A DNA stretch of 64,000 nt from an uncultured Candidatus Rokubacteria bacterium (GTDB taxonomy: Bacteria; Methylomirabilota; Methylomirabilia; Rokubacteriales; CSP1-6). The stretch lies in contig CAWHBD010000001.1 in assembly GCA_963827505.1 (NCBI GenBank), positions 1,670,663 through 1,734,662 of the forward strand, read 5' to 3'. The translations under genes were made by a program, and so were the position numbers. Below the pieces are notes generated by a model. It saw nothing but the letters and a program-made list of their open reading frames with translations, was not told where the DNA came from and made no database searches. Position 1 is the first letter of the stretch. Each line of letters starts with the position of its first letter. Positions 9,257 to 20,026 of the stretch are shown here, piece by piece.

Positions 9257-9575
9257 ATCCCCTCCTCAGGGTGGCTCTGTCCGGAGGGCTCGGCTCGCTC
9301 GCCGCCCTCTTCTTCGGTAACCCGGCTGTCAGGCTCGGTTGCCCTGACCCGTGGCTTTGCGTCCCAGCCTCACGACTGGTTTGCCGTTGTCGGAAGAGTT
9401 CCGAGGTCTCCCGGGTGGCAAGAGGTGGGCCAGGACTCCATCCCCCCGGAAATACGGCCGAGGAAAGAAAACGACCGCACCGGGCACGGGCGTTTTCTGA
9501 CCGACCGGCGCCAGCCGATCCGGCCAGAAGGCGCCCAGCCTACCCCGGCCTGCCCCGTGACATCGCCCTGCGGAT

Positions 9576-9587
9576 GGACTATAGTCC
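9576..9587. promoter_or_regulatory. Perfect 12-bp palindrome GGACTATAGTCC just upstream of the thiolase-like gene
   Basis: Seen directly, 10 nt before ATG 9597, at the end of a 340-bp lower-GC intergenic region. It is a possible operator for the IclR regulator encoded in the cluster. Confidence 0.25.
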
Positions 9588-9596
9588 GCGTACCAA

Positions 9597-10816
9597 ATGC
9601 GGAACGCAATTCCGACATGGGAACGGGCGGCGGCGCCGCCGCGGAGCATCCGAGGCCGCGTTGCCGTGGCGGGCGTCGGCGAGACGACCTACTACAAGCA
9701 CGGCCAGGCGCCGGAGCCCGAGGTCAAGTTGGCGCTGCAGGCCATCCTCGCCGCCTGCGCCGATGCTGGCATCGAGCCGCGTGCCATCGACGGCTTCGCG
9801 TCCTACAGCAACGACCGCAACGATCCCTCACGACTGGCCGCCGCGCTCGGCATGCCGGAGCTGCGCTTCTCCAACATGCAGTGGGGCGGCGGCGGCGGCG
9901 GCGGCTCGGCCGCGGTGGGCAACGCGGCGGCGGCGATCGCCGCCGGCTACGCCGACTGCGTGGTCGTGTTCCGCGCGCTCGCTCAGGGCCAGTTCCAGCG
10001 CTTCGGGGCGGCGCCCCCGGCGCCCACCGCTTCCGGCGAGGCGGCGCTGACGTTTCCCTACGGGCTGATCTCACCGGCCCAGCGCTTCGCGATGCGGGTG
10101 ATGCGCTTCATGCACGACCACGGCATCGGCCCCGAGGCGCAGCGGGCGATCGCGCTGGCCTCCTATCACCACGCGCAGAACAACCCCCGCGCGGTCATGC
10201 ACGGGCGGCCGCTCACGCCCGAGGCGTACGACGCCTCGCGCTGGATCGTGGAGCCGTTCCGGCTCTTCGACTGCTGCATGGAGAACGACGGCGCCGCCGC
10301 GCTGATCCTGGTCGCGGCCGAGCGCGCGCGCGATCTGCGCCAGCGGCCGGCCTACCTGCTCGGCGTGGCCCAGGGCTCGGAGTACCGCAACGCCGCCCGC
10401 GGCCACAACGCGCCGACCTACGCCTCGGCCAGCTTCACCACGGTGGCCCCGCACCTGTACGCGATGGCCGGCGTCACCCCCAAGGACGTCGACGGTGGTG
10501 CAGAGCTACGAGAACTTCACGGGCGGCGTCCTCATGAGCCTGGTCGAGCACGATTTCTTCGAGCCGGACGAGGCCACCGACGTTCCTCACGCTCGACAAC
10601 CTGATCGCGCCGGGCGGGCGCCTGCCGCTCAACACGAGCGGCGGCAACCTCGCCGAGTGCTACATGCACGGGCTCGAGCTCCAGATCGAGGCGGTGCGCC
10701 AGCTCCGCGGCCAGTCGACCAACCCGGTGCCGGGGGCGCGCGTCGCCATGGTCATCTCGGGCCCGATGGTCACACCGGTGTCGAGCATGATCCTCGGCAC
10801 CGAGGACACGCTGTAG
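9597..10816 (+). pseudogene. Thiolase-like / SCP-x-type lipid-transfer protein, interrupted by two +1 frameshifts (or indel errors)
   Basis: Frame 0 (RVAVAGVGETTYYKHG...GVTPKDVD) continues in frame +1 at about 10494 (VVQSYENFTGGVLMSLVEH...EATD). It continues again in frame +2 at about 10582 (FLTLDNLIAPGGRLPLNTSGGNLAECYMHGLELQIEAVRQLRG...) to TAG 10814-10816. Confidence 0.8.
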
Positions 10817-11268
10817 TGCCCGCCGACGCGACGTACTACCTGCCGCCCGGGCTGCCGCGCCCGGTGCCGGAGCCCGACGGCCTCGACGCGCCGTACTGGG
10901 AGGGCACCCGGCGTGGCGAGCTGCGCGTGCAGCGCTGCCGCGCCTGCCACGGCTGGCAGTGGGGGCCGGAGTGGATCTGCCATCGCTGCCTGGCCTTCGA
11001 CCTGGAGTGGACGGTCGTGGAGCCGCGCGGCACGATCTACTCGTGGGAGCGGGCCTGGCACCCGGTGCACCCGGCCCTGCGCGGGCGGGGACCCTACGTG
11101 GTGATCCTGGTCGAGCTGCCCCACGCCGGGAGCGTGCGGATGATCGGCAATCTCCTCGGCGATCCGTTGCAGACGGTCACGATCGGGGCCGCGGTGGAGG
11201 CGGTGTTCGAGCCTCACGACGACGCGACCCCGCCGTTCACGCTGGTCCACTGGAGGACGACGGCATGA
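10816..11268 (+). CDS. Zn-ribbon OB-fold protein (DUF35 family), the usual partner of SCP-x-type thiolases
   Basis: GTG overlaps the upstream TAG. Contains CRACHGWQWGPEWICHRC (a 4-Cys ribbon) followed by an OB-fold-like C-terminus. Confidence 0.85.
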   Translation: MPADATYYLPPGLPRPVPEPDGLDAPYWEGTRRGELRVQRCRACHGWQWGPEWICHRCLAFDLEWTVVEPRGTIYSWERAWHPVHPALRGRGPYVVILVELPHAGSVRMIGNLLGDPLQTVTIGAAVEAVFEPHDDATPPFTLVHWRTTA

Positions 11269-12459
11269 GCACGAGCGAGCTGATGATCAACGAGCCCAAC
11301 GTGTGGCGCCTGCGCACACCCGGCCACGCGGGCTGGCCCCGCAGCGCCCGGCCCGGCGATCCCCGCAAGTACTTCATCGTCTCCGCCGACGCCCATGCCA
11401 ACGAGCCGGCCGACCTGTGGGCCACGCGCATCGACGCCAAGTATCGTGAGCGGATCCCGCGCGTGACCGTCGACGCCAACGGCGTGAAGTGGCGCGTCTC
11501 CGAGGGCCACCGGCCCGACCGGCTGCGCACCGACGAGCTGGAGGGCGAGGACCGGCTGCGGCAGCTGGCCGGCGCCGACCCCGAGCTGCGCCTGCGCGAT
11601 ATGGACCGCGACGGCATCGACGCCGAGGTGATCTTCCCCAACAAGGGGCTGTCGATGTGGGCCACGCCCGACCCCGCCCTGGCCATGGCCCAGTGCCGGG
11701 TCTACAACGAGTGGGCGTGGGAGACCTTCGCGGCGTACAACGACCGCATGTCGCCGGCGGCGGCGATCGCGACGGCCGACCTGGAGGCCTCGATCGCCGA
11801 GGTCCAGCGCGTGGCCAAGCTCGGCTTCCGGGCGCTCACCCTGCCCTGCAAGCCGGTGTGGGGCGCCCACGACGTCGATCATCCGAACTACAACCTGCCG
11901 GTGTTCGATCCGCTGTGGGCGGCCATCCAGGACGCCAACCTGCCGATCACCTTCCACGTCTCGACCGGCCGCGATCCGCGCGCCTCCCGCGGCAACGGCG
12001 GCGCCGTCATCAACTACGTCTCGCACTCGCTGTCGCCGACGATCGAGCCGGTCGCCAACCTCTGCGCCTCCGGCGTGCTCTCGCGCTTCCCGCGGCTGCG
12101 CTTCGCCACCATCGAGGCCGGCATCGGCTGGGTGGCGTGGCTGCTCGACGCCATGGACGAGGCCTACCGCAAGCATCACTTCTGGGTGCGGCCCAAGCTG
12201 GCCAAGCTGCCGAGCGAGTACTTCCGCGAGCACGGCTTCGCCTCGTTCCAGGAGGATCCGGCCGGTCTGGCCCTGGCCGAGTCGACGGGCCTGGCCGACA
12301 ACTTCATGTGGGGCAACGACTACCCGCACCACGAGGGCACGTGGCCGCACTCGGCCGAGGCCATCGAGCGCACGATGAGTCACCTGTCCGACGACAGCGC
12401 GGGCCAAGGTGCTCGGCCTCAACGCCGCCCGGCTGTTCGGCTTCGAGGTCCGCGGGTGA
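11265..12459 (+). pseudogene. Amidohydrolase-2 family metal-dependent hydrolase, +1 frameshift 20 codons before the stop (or an indel error)
   Basis: ATG 11265 overlaps the upstream TGA (ATGA). After HLSDDS (about 12399) the conserved tail RAKVLGLNAARLFGFEVRG* is in the next frame, ending at TGA 12457-12459. The shifted frame instead reads through into iclR. Confidence 0.8.
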
Positions 12460-13298
12460 AGGTGAAGTCCCCGACGGCCGGGCGGGCCCGGGGGAATCCT
12501 CTGACCTCCACCGGCCATCGCGCGGCCAACCGGGTGGTCGACATCCTGGAGCTGCTGGCCGCCAGCCGCGACGGCCTCGCCCTGCGCGAGGTCAGCGCCC
12601 AGCTGGAGGCGCCCAAGAGTAGCCTGCTGCCGCTGCTCCGCGCGCTGACGGCGCGCGGCTACCTGGAGCAGACGCGGGGCGGCGAGTATCGACTGGGCCC
12701 GGGCGTGCTCGAGCTGGGCGGCGCCAGCTCGGCCCAGCGGGAGCTGGCCGACGTGGCGCGGCCGGCGCTGCTCGAGCTGATGCACCGCACCCGCGAGACG
12801 GTGTTCCTCGGCACGCTCGCCGCCGACGGCGTGTCGGTGGTGTACGTCGACAAGGTCGACAGCGAGCAGATCATCCGCTACTCGGCCGGCGTCGGCGACC
12901 GCCGGCCGCTGCACGCGACGTCGACCGGCAAGGCCATCCTCGCGTTCCTGCCGCCCGCGCAACGGGAGGCGATGCTGGGCACCCTGCCGCTGCCCCGCCA
13001 CACCGATCGCACGGTGACGAGCCTCACCACGCTGCGCGACTCGCTCGACGAGATCCGCCGTACCGGCGTCTGCGTCAGCCTCGACGAGATGGTGCGGGGC
13101 GCCTCCGGCGTGGCGGCGCCGCTCTTCGACCGTCACGGCCGGGTGGCCGGCGCCTGCACGATCGGCGGCCCCACCGACCGGGTGCGGCCGCGCCTGCGCC
13201 AGCTCGCGGCCGAGGTGAAGGACACGGCGCGCGCGATCTCGTCGCTGCTCGGATATCGCCCCCACGACGACCGCAAACCGGCCGGGAGGACATCATGA
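12456..13298 (+). CDS. IclR family transcriptional regulator
   Basis: GTG 12456 overlaps the amidohydrolase stop (GTGA). Has the N-terminal wHTH (VVDILELLAASRDGLALREVSAQL) and the effector-domain motif PLHATSTGKAILAFL. Confidence 0.85.
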   Translation: MKVKSPTAGRARGNPLTSTGHRAANRVVDILELLAASRDGLALREVSAQLEAPKSSLLPLLRALTARGYLEQTRGGEYRLGPGVLELGGASSAQRELADVARPALLELMHRTRETVFLGTLAADGVSVVYVDKVDSEQIIRYSAGVGDRRPLHATSTGKAILAFLPPAQREAMLGTLPLPRHTDRTVTSLTTLRDSLDEIRRTGVCVSLDEMVRGASGVAAPLFDRHGRVAGACTIGGPTDRVRPRLRQLAAEVKDTARAISSLLGYRPHDDRKPAGRTS

Positions 13299-14443
13299 AA
13301 GTCGGCATCTCGCTGAACATGTTGACCAAGGAAGGGCGCTCGGACGCCTCGGTGTTCGCCGAGCACCTGGCACTGGGAGATCTGGCCGAGCCGCTCGGCT
13401 TCGACTCGATCTTCGCCCTCGAGCACCACTTCACCGGCTACGCCATGTCGCCGTCGCCGACGCAGCTGCTCAGCTACTTCGCCGGCCGGACCAAGCGGGT
13501 GGCGCTCGGCACTGCCGTCATCGTGCTGCCCTGGCACGACCCGGTGCGGGTGGCCGAGCAGATCGCACTCCTCGACATCCTCTCCCACGGCCGCTGCGTG
13601 TTCGGCTTCGGCCGGGGCGCCGCCACCGTGGAGTACGCCGGCTTCCGCATCCCCATGGAGGAGGCCCGGCCGCGCTTCGTGGAGGCGGCCAAGATCGTGG
13701 TCAAGGCCCTGACTCAGGAGGTCTTCGACTGGGACGGCGAGTTCTTCAAGATCCCGCCCACCTCGATCCGGCCCCGGCCGATCTCGCACCCCGAGCGGCG
13801 CTTCTACGCCTCGTCGGTGAGCCCGGAGTCGGCCGAGATCATGGCCAAGCTCGGCTTCGGCCTGCTCGTCATCATGCAGAACGAGTGGCCGAAGGCGGCC
13901 GAGGACATCCGGCGCTACCGCGACATCACCGCCAGCGTCGGCCACGCGCCGCGCCCGCCCATCATCTCCACCAACATCTCGGTGGCCGAGAGTCGCGAGG
14001 AGGCCCACGAGCGCGCGGCCCGGTACCTGGCCCGCAAGTGGGACTCGATCGACGCCCACTACCACTTCTCCGATGGCCACCTGGCCACCGTGAAGGGCTA
14101 CGAGTTCTACGGCGGCATGGCCAAGACGTACTCGAAGATGAAGGACGAGGGCTACCGCAAGAAGGCGACCGAGTTCTACGTCAAGATCCAGGTGGTGGGC
14201 ACGCCGGACGACTGCATCCAGCAGATCGGCGAGCTGCAGAAGCTGACCGGGCTCAGCCACCTGGTCGGCGAGTTCGGCTACGGCGGCATGCCGCACGAGG
14301 ACGCCCAGCTCAACATGCGGATGTTCGCGGACCGCGTCATGCCCGTGCTCCAGCGCGACCGGGCGTTCGCGGGCCCGGCCGCCGACGCCCCGGCCGCCGA
14401 CGCCGGCGTGCTCGGCTCGACCGGCATCTTCGCCCCGGCGTGA
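13295..14443 (+). CDS. LLM class flavin-dependent oxidoreductase (luciferase-like monooxygenase)
   Basis: 382 aa with an ATGA overlap onto iclR. Motifs FDSIFALEHHF and GRCVFGFGRG are present. Confidence 0.88.
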   Translation: MKVGISLNMLTKEGRSDASVFAEHLALGDLAEPLGFDSIFALEHHFTGYAMSPSPTQLLSYFAGRTKRVALGTAVIVLPWHDPVRVAEQIALLDILSHGRCVFGFGRGAATVEYAGFRIPMEEARPRFVEAAKIVVKALTQEVFDWDGEFFKIPPTSIRPRPISHPERRFYASSVSPESAEIMAKLGFGLLVIMQNEWPKAAEDIRRYRDITASVGHAPRPPIISTNISVAESREEAHERAARYLARKWDSIDAHYHFSDGHLATVKGYEFYGGMAKTYSKMKDEGYRKKATEFYVKIQVVGTPDDCIQQIGELQKLTGLSHLVGEFGYGGMPHEDAQLNMRMFADRVMPVLQRDRAFAGPAADAPAADAGVLGSTGIFAPA

Positions 14444-14536
14444 GGGTGATCCCCGAGCTCCGAGCGAGATAGCGGGGCCCGCACGCCCAGAGCTGGGGCT
14501 GGGCATCGACGTCGTCGCGTGTCGCAGGAGGAGAGC

Positions 14537-15700
14537 ATGATCACGAAGTTCGCCACGGTGTACGCGGGCCACATCGACCTGCCGGACATGGGCCAGATGG
14601 CCACGCCCGCCAACGAGCGCCGGTACTCCAACCCGCAGCTCGCCTCCGTCTTCGCCAAGACCGACGTCGTGGCCAAGACGATGGACGACCTCGGCTACCA
14701 CGCGATCTGGCTGGCCGAGCATCACTTCCAGCACGAGGGCTACGAGTGCATCCCCAACGTCCTCATGGCGGCGGTGCACCTGGCCCACGTCACCAAGCAG
14801 ATCCGCATCGGCTGCGGCTTCAACATCGCGCCCATGTGGCACCCGCTCCGGCTGGCCGAGGACTTCGCCACCGCCGACATCCTCACCAAGGGCCGCGTGA
14901 TCTTCGGGGTGGGCCGCGGCTACCACAGCCGCGAGGTGGAGACGTTCGGGGCGCCGATCCTCGACGGCGAGGCCAACCGCGAGCTGTTCGAGGAGCAGGT
15001 CGAGATCATCATGAAGGCCTTCACCCGGGAGTCGTTCTCCCACCACGGCAAGCACTACACGCTGCCGCCGGCGGTGCCGTATCGCGGCTACGAGCTGAAG
15101 GAGATCACGCTGGTGCCCCGCCCGGTCAACCAGCCGGTGGAGTGCTGGCAGCCCATCGTCAGCGCCAAGCCGCGCGCGCTCGACTTCATGGTCCGCCACG
15201 ACATCAAGGGCGTGATCGGCGGCGGGGCGGCCACCATGGCCGAGGGCCCCATCGCCGGCTATCGCGAGGCGGCCGCCCGGGCCGGCCGCGACCTGAAGCC
15301 CGGCCAGAACCTGTGCCTGGGCATCTTCATCCACCTGGCCGAGACGCGCGACAAGGCCGTGCGCGAGATCACGCCGTACTACGAGGAGCACGTGAAGATG
15401 TTCGGGCCGCTCGGCTTCGTGCCTGGCGCCACCCCCGCCCAGATCGAGGCCTCGTCCAAGCGCGGGGGCTGGGGCGCGGCCGGCGTGCCGCGGGTCGAGG
15501 ACTACATGAAGACGGGCGCGTGGTTCGCCGGCCCCCCCGAGGAGCTGATCGCCTACCTCAAGGATCTGGAGTCACGCTACCCCGGCCTCGAGCACGTGAA
15601 CGTCAGCATCAGCATGGGGACCCCGCAGAGCGTGATGGTCGAGCAGCTCACGGCGTTCGGCCAGGAGGTCATGCCGAAGTTCACGCAGCGCTCGGCCTGA
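14537..15700 (+). CDS. LLM class flavin-dependent oxidoreductase
   Basis: ATG 14537 follows AGGAGGAG. Motifs YHAIWLAEHHF and GRVIFGVGRGY are present. It is paired with the preceding LLM gene. Confidence 0.88.
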   Translation: MITKFATVYAGHIDLPDMGQMATPANERRYSNPQLASVFAKTDVVAKTMDDLGYHAIWLAEHHFQHEGYECIPNVLMAAVHLAHVTKQIRIGCGFNIAPMWHPLRLAEDFATADILTKGRVIFGVGRGYHSREVETFGAPILDGEANRELFEEQVEIIMKAFTRESFSHHGKHYTLPPAVPYRGYELKEITLVPRPVNQPVECWQPIVSAKPRALDFMVRHDIKGVIGGGAATMAEGPIAGYREAAARAGRDLKPGQNLCLGIFIHLAETRDKAVREITPYYEEHVKMFGPLGFVPGATPAQIEASSKRGGWGAAGVPRVEDYMKTGAWFAGPPEELIAYLKDLESRYPGLEHVNVSISMGTPQSVMVEQLTAFGQEVMPKFTQRSA

Positions 15701-15716
15701 ACCCGGCGGCCTCGAG

Positions 15717-16220
15717 ATGCTCACCCGGGTCCTCACCGAGACGGACGTGCCGGCCTTCTACGAGGTTCGACGCCGTGCGCTCCACGGTGAGCCCGAGGCG
15801 TTCGGAATGGCGCCCGAGGAGATGTCGTCGGTCGAGGCGCTCACCCAGCAGTTCAGGGCCCAGGCGAGCGGGCAGGACGCCTTCATCATGGGGGCGTTCA
15901 CCCCCGAGCTCGTGGGGACCGTCGGGTGCATGCGGGAACCCCGCGTCAAGCGCCGTCACGTGGCCCTGATTTGGGGCGTCTACGTCTTGCCGGAGTCGCG
16001 GGGCGGCGGACTCGGCCGGCGGCTCCTGCTCGACACCATCGCGCGGGCGAGAGCGTGGCCGGATCTCGAGCAGCTCCGGCTCGACGTGACCGCCACCAAC
16101 CTGGCGGCCCGAAGAATCTACCTGTCGTGTGGCTTCCAGGTCATCGGTCTCCGGCGGGGAACGCTGAAGGTCGAGGGCCGCTACTACGACGAGGAGATGA
16201 TGGCCCTCGACCTCCGCTGA
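15717..16220 (+). CDS. GNAT family N-acetyltransferase
   Basis: 167 aa with the acetyl-CoA motif RGGGLGRRLL. Confidence 0.85.
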   Translation: MLTRVLTETDVPAFYEVRRRALHGEPEAFGMAPEEMSSVEALTQQFRAQASGQDAFIMGAFTPELVGTVGCMREPRVKRRHVALIWGVYVLPESRGGGLGRRLLLDTIARARAWPDLEQLRLDVTATNLAARRIYLSCGFQVIGLRRGTLKVEGRYYDEEMMALDLR

Positions 16221-16261
16221 CTCGTTGCGGCACCGGATGGTGCGGCCTATACTGCCGCCCG

Positions 16262-18322
16262 GTGGCACTCCGGATCGGCGTCGACATCGGCGGGACCTTC
16301 ACGGACCTCGTTGCGCTGGACGAGGCGACCGGTGCGCTGCGCAACACCAAGGCGCTCAGCACCCCTCAGGCGCTGCTCGACGGCGTGATCCGCTGCGTCG
16401 ACCAGGCCGGGGCCCACCTGGAGGACTGCCGGCTCGTCATCCACGGCACCACCATCGGCATCAATGCCCTGCTCGAGGGCAAGGGGGCCCGTACCGGCCT
16501 GCTCACCACCGCCGGGTTCCGCGACGTGCTGGAGATCGGCCGCGCCAACTACCTGAGGATGTACGACGTCCTCTACAAGCGACCGGCACCGCTGGTCCCG
16601 CGCGGGCGCTGCCTGGAGGCGCCGGAGCGGCTGAGCGCCCGCGGCGATGTCCTGCTGCCGCTGGACGAGAGCGCGGTGCGGGCGGCGGCGCGACGCCTGG
16701 CCTCCGAGGGCGTGCAAGCGGTGGCGGTCACGTTCCTGTTCTCCTACCGCAACCCGGCCCACGAGCAGCGGGCCGCCGAGATCCTCGCCGAGGAGCTGCC
16801 CGGCGTGGCCCTCTCCGTCTCCCACCGGCTGACCCAGGAGTGGCGCGAGTACGAGCGGACGAGCACCACCGTCGTCAACGCCTACGTACTGCCGATCGTC
16901 GGTCGCTATCTCGGCACCTTCGGAACTCGCCTGGGTGAGCGCGGCTTCCGCGGCCAGATCCTCATCACCCAGTCCAACGGCGGCGCCTTCTCGCTGGAGG
17001 CCGCGCGGGCCAAGCCGGTGCACACGATCGAGTCGGGGCCGGCGGCGGGCGCGGTCGGCTGCGCGAGCCTGGCCGGCGTGCTCGGCCTCGACCGGCTGAT
17101 CTCCTTCGACATGGGCGGCACCACCGCCAAGTGCGCCATCGTCGACGGCGGCATGGTGCAGACGACCGACGAGTACCACGTCGACGGCCGGCCCCTGCGC
17201 ATCCCGGTGATCGACATCCGCGAGGTGAGCGCGGGCGGCGGCACCATCGCGTGGATCGACGCCGGCGGCGCCCTCACGCTGGGGCCGCAGAGCGCGGGGG
17301 CCGAGCCCGGCCCCGTGTGCTACCGGCTGGGCGGCGCCGAGCCGACCGTGACCGACGCCAACGTCGTGCTCGGCCGCATCGACGGCTCGCGGTTCCTGGG
17401 CGGCACCATGCCGCTGGATACCGCCGCCGCGGTCCGGGCCGTCGACGACCGGCTGGCCGGCCCGCTGGGCCTGTCCGGGCTTGCCGCCGCCGCCGGCGTC
17501 ATCCGGCTGGCCGAGGTGAAGATGGCCCTGGCCGTGCGCAGCATCACCGCCGCTCGCGGCCTCGATCCGCGCGACTACGTGCTGGCCGCCTACGGTGGCG
17601 GCGGCCCGCTGCACGCCGTCGCCATCGCGCGCGAGCTGGGCATCCCCCGCGTGGTCATCCCGCCGGCGCCGTCGACGTTCTCGGCGTGGGGGATGCTGGC
17701 CACCGATCTGCGCCACGATCTCGTGCGCACCGTGCTGGAGCCGCTCGAGCAGACCGACGCCGCCTGGGCTCAGGCCCGCTACGCGGAGATGCAGGGCGAG
17801 ATCGCCGCGATCCTCCCGGGCGACGGCGCGCCGGTCACCCATCGCGCGGTGGACATGCGCTACTTCGGCCAGGAGCACACGGTGACCGTGGCGCTCGCTG
17901 AGCTCGACGACTGGGCCAATCTCCGCAAGCAGTTCGACGACGCCCACGAGCGTGCCTACGGCTACGCCGCCCCCGACGTCGAGGTCCAGCTCCTCAACCT
18001 CCGCCTCGCCATCGTCTACCCGATCGCGCGCCCCCACCTCCCCGCCCTCGAGCCCCGCACGTCGGGCGCACCGCCGTTCACAACGCGGATGGTCTACTCG
18101 ATGCGCTCGGGCGGACAGGCAGCGTTCCGTGTCTACCAGCGGGATGATCTTCGTCCCGGGGACGCGATCGAGGGGCCGGCCGCCGTGGAGGAGCCAGGGA
18201 CGACGACCATCGTCGACACCGGCGACAATCTTTCGGTCGAGAACCACGGCTGCCTCATGATCCAGCTGAACGCCTCCGAGGCGCTGGGGGGTGTCGGGGG
18301 GAGCGAGCATCGCTCCCCCTGA
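16262..18322 (+). CDS. hyuA: Hydantoinase/oxoprolinase family protein, A subunit
   Basis: Starts at GTG 16262 (VALRIGVDIGGTFTDLV). About 686 aa, with the ATPase-fold motif DMGGTTAK. Confidence 0.9.
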   Translation: MALRIGVDIGGTFTDLVALDEATGALRNTKALSTPQALLDGVIRCVDQAGAHLEDCRLVIHGTTIGINALLEGKGARTGLLTTAGFRDVLEIGRANYLRMYDVLYKRPAPLVPRGRCLEAPERLSARGDVLLPLDESAVRAAARRLASEGVQAVAVTFLFSYRNPAHEQRAAEILAEELPGVALSVSHRLTQEWREYERTSTTVVNAYVLPIVGRYLGTFGTRLGERGFRGQILITQSNGGAFSLEAARAKPVHTIESGPAAGAVGCASLAGVLGLDRLISFDMGGTTAKCAIVDGGMVQTTDEYHVDGRPLRIPVIDIREVSAGGGTIAWIDAGGALTLGPQSAGAEPGPVCYRLGGAEPTVTDANVVLGRIDGSRFLGGTMPLDTAAAVRAVDDRLAGPLGLSGLAAAAGVIRLAEVKMALAVRSITAARGLDPRDYVLAAYGGGGPLHAVAIARELGIPRVVIPPAPSTFSAWGMLATDLRHDLVRTVLEPLEQTDAAWAQARYAEMQGEIAAILPGDGAPVTHRAVDMRYFGQEHTVTVALAELDDWANLRKQFDDAHERAYGYAAPDVEVQLLNLRLAIVYPIARPHLPALEPRTSGAPPFTTRMVYSMRSGGQAAFRVYQRDDLRPGDAIEGPAAVEEPGTTTIVDTGDNLSVENHGCLMIQLNASEALGGVGGSEHRSP

Positions 18323-18336
18323 CATGACAAAATCAC

Positions 18337-20025
18337 GTGGCCACGCTCGATCCCATCACCGTCCAGGTCATTCGCGCCGCCCTCAACGCCGCCGCCGAGC
18401 GCATGCGCATCACCATGATCAAGACGGCGTACAACCACATCATCAGCGAGAGCCTCGACTTCGGCTGCGCCATCTTCGATCCCGACGGTGCAGATGATCG
18501 CCCAGGGCATCGGGCTGCCCGTCTTCCAGGGCCACCTGGGTTTTCCGATCGAAGCCACGATTCAAGACCGGGGGATGGACGCGTTCCGCGAGGGCGATAT
18601 TTTCATCCACAACGATCCCTACGCGGGCAACGGCAACCATCTGAACGACGTGGCCATGACGGCGCCCGTCTTCTGGGAGGGGCGGCTGGCCGGCTTCGTC
18701 TCGGTGAAGGCCCACTGGAGCGACGTGGGCGGCCCGGTGCCGAGCAGCATGCAGGTGGGCTCGCGCGAGTTCCGGCAGGAGGGGCTGCGCTTCCAGTCCG
18801 TGCGTCTGTTCAGCCGCGGCGAGATCAACGAGGAAGTCATGCGGATGATCCGCGGCAACATCCGCACCGAGAGCGGCACCCTCAAGGACGTCCAGGCCAT
18901 GATCGCCGTGTGCCGCACCGGCGAGGCCTCGTTCCACGAGATCCTCGCCCGGTACGGTCGTGAGACCGTGCTGCGAGGCCGCGGGCATCTTCATGGAGCA
19001 GTCCGAGCGTCGCACGCGAGCAGCGCTGGCCGCGATCCCGACCGGCACCTACGAGGCGGCTGGCACACTTCGACAACGACGGCATCACGCTCGACCGGCC
19101 CGTGCGGGTGGCCATGGCCATCACCGTCGCCGACGGCGGCATGACCGTCGATTTCACGGGTTCCGACGCCCAGGTGGCGGGGCCGTTCAACTGCGGGGAC
19201 GCCATCACGATCAGCGCCTGCCGGCTGCTGATCAAGTGCCTGACCACGCCCCACGATCCGGTCGACGAGGGGTGCTTCCGCCCGCTGCGCGTCGTCATCC
19301 CGCCCCGCTCGGTGCTGGCGGCCGAGGAGCCGGCCCCGACGGCGCGCTACTACGTGCCGATCAACCTCCTCATCGAGCTGGGGCTGCGCGCGCTGGCGCC
19401 GGCCATACCGGACCAGGTGCCGGCCGGCGCCTACGGCGACCAGATGCCGACCATCGCCTTCGGCACCCACCCGCAGACCGGCCGACTCTACATCCAGGGT
19501 GACCTGAACGCCGGCGGCGCCGGCGCCCGTCCCGCCGCCGACGGCGAGTCGGCGCTGATCATCTTCGCCGGCTCGACGGCGCGCAACAATCCGGTGGAGG
19601 TCGTCGAGTCCCGGGTGCCGACGATGCGGATCGAGACGTACGGCCTCCGCCAGGACTCGGGCGGCGCTGGCACCTACCGCGGCGGCCTCGGCATCGAGCG
19701 CGTCTACCGGTTCCTCGCTGACGCCTTCATCACCTTCAGCCTCGAGCGCAAGGCCACCCCGCCGTGGGGGCTGGGCGGCGGCGCCGCCGGCGCCGTCAAC
19801 GGCGTCGAGATCACCTCCCCCGACGGCGCCGTGCGCCACGTCCGCAAGGCCACCCAGCATCCGATCGCTGCCGGCGAGGTGGTGCGCATCATGACGGGCG
19901 GCGGCGGGGGCTGGGGCCCGCCGGCCGGGCGCGACCCGGAGGCGGTGCGGCGCGACGTCCACGAGGGCTACGTCTCCGCCGCGGCGGCGCAGCGCGACTA
20001 CGGCGTCACGGTCAACGGCGGCTGA
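18337..20025 (+). pseudogene. hyuB: Hydantoinase B/oxoprolinase family protein, interrupted by three +1 frameshifts (or indel errors)
   Basis: Four consecutive frame segments join seamlessly. Segment 1 ends ...GCAIFDPDG at about 18490. Segment 2 runs QMIAQGIGLPVF...DPYAGNGNHLNDV...ARYGRETVL to about 18974. Segment 3 runs EAAGIFMEQSERRTRAALAAIPTGTYEAAG to about 19065. Segment 4 runs HFDNDGITLDRPVRVAMAITV... to TGA 20025. Confidence 0.85.
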
Positions 20026-20026
20026 C

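Noticed and set aside
9466-9498. A/T-rich hairpin AGAAAACG-N17-CGTTTTCT in the 340-bp gap upstream of the thiolase-like gene
   Set aside because: It resembles a terminator stem, but no gene on either strand ends upstream of it. I could not fit it to any riboswitch or sRNA pattern, so there is not enough support to call a feature.
10959-13298. 779-aa ORF that looks like an amidohydrolase-IclR fusion protein
   Set aside because: It is an artefact of the +1 frameshift at about 12399. In the correct frame the amidohydrolase ends at TGA 12457-12459 with the conserved tail RAKVLGLNAARLFGFEVRG, and iclR starts at the overlapping GTG 12456. The first roughly 100 codons of the ORF are out-of-frame over the DUF35 gene.
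13133-15391. 752-aa minus-strand ORF
   Set aside because: It is antisense to two motif-supported LLM oxidoreductase genes and has no recognisable motifs. It is a GC-rich shadow ORF.
16247-18325. 692-aa minus-strand ORF
   Set aside because: It is antisense to hyuA, with a low-complexity Arg/Gly/Ala/Asp composition.
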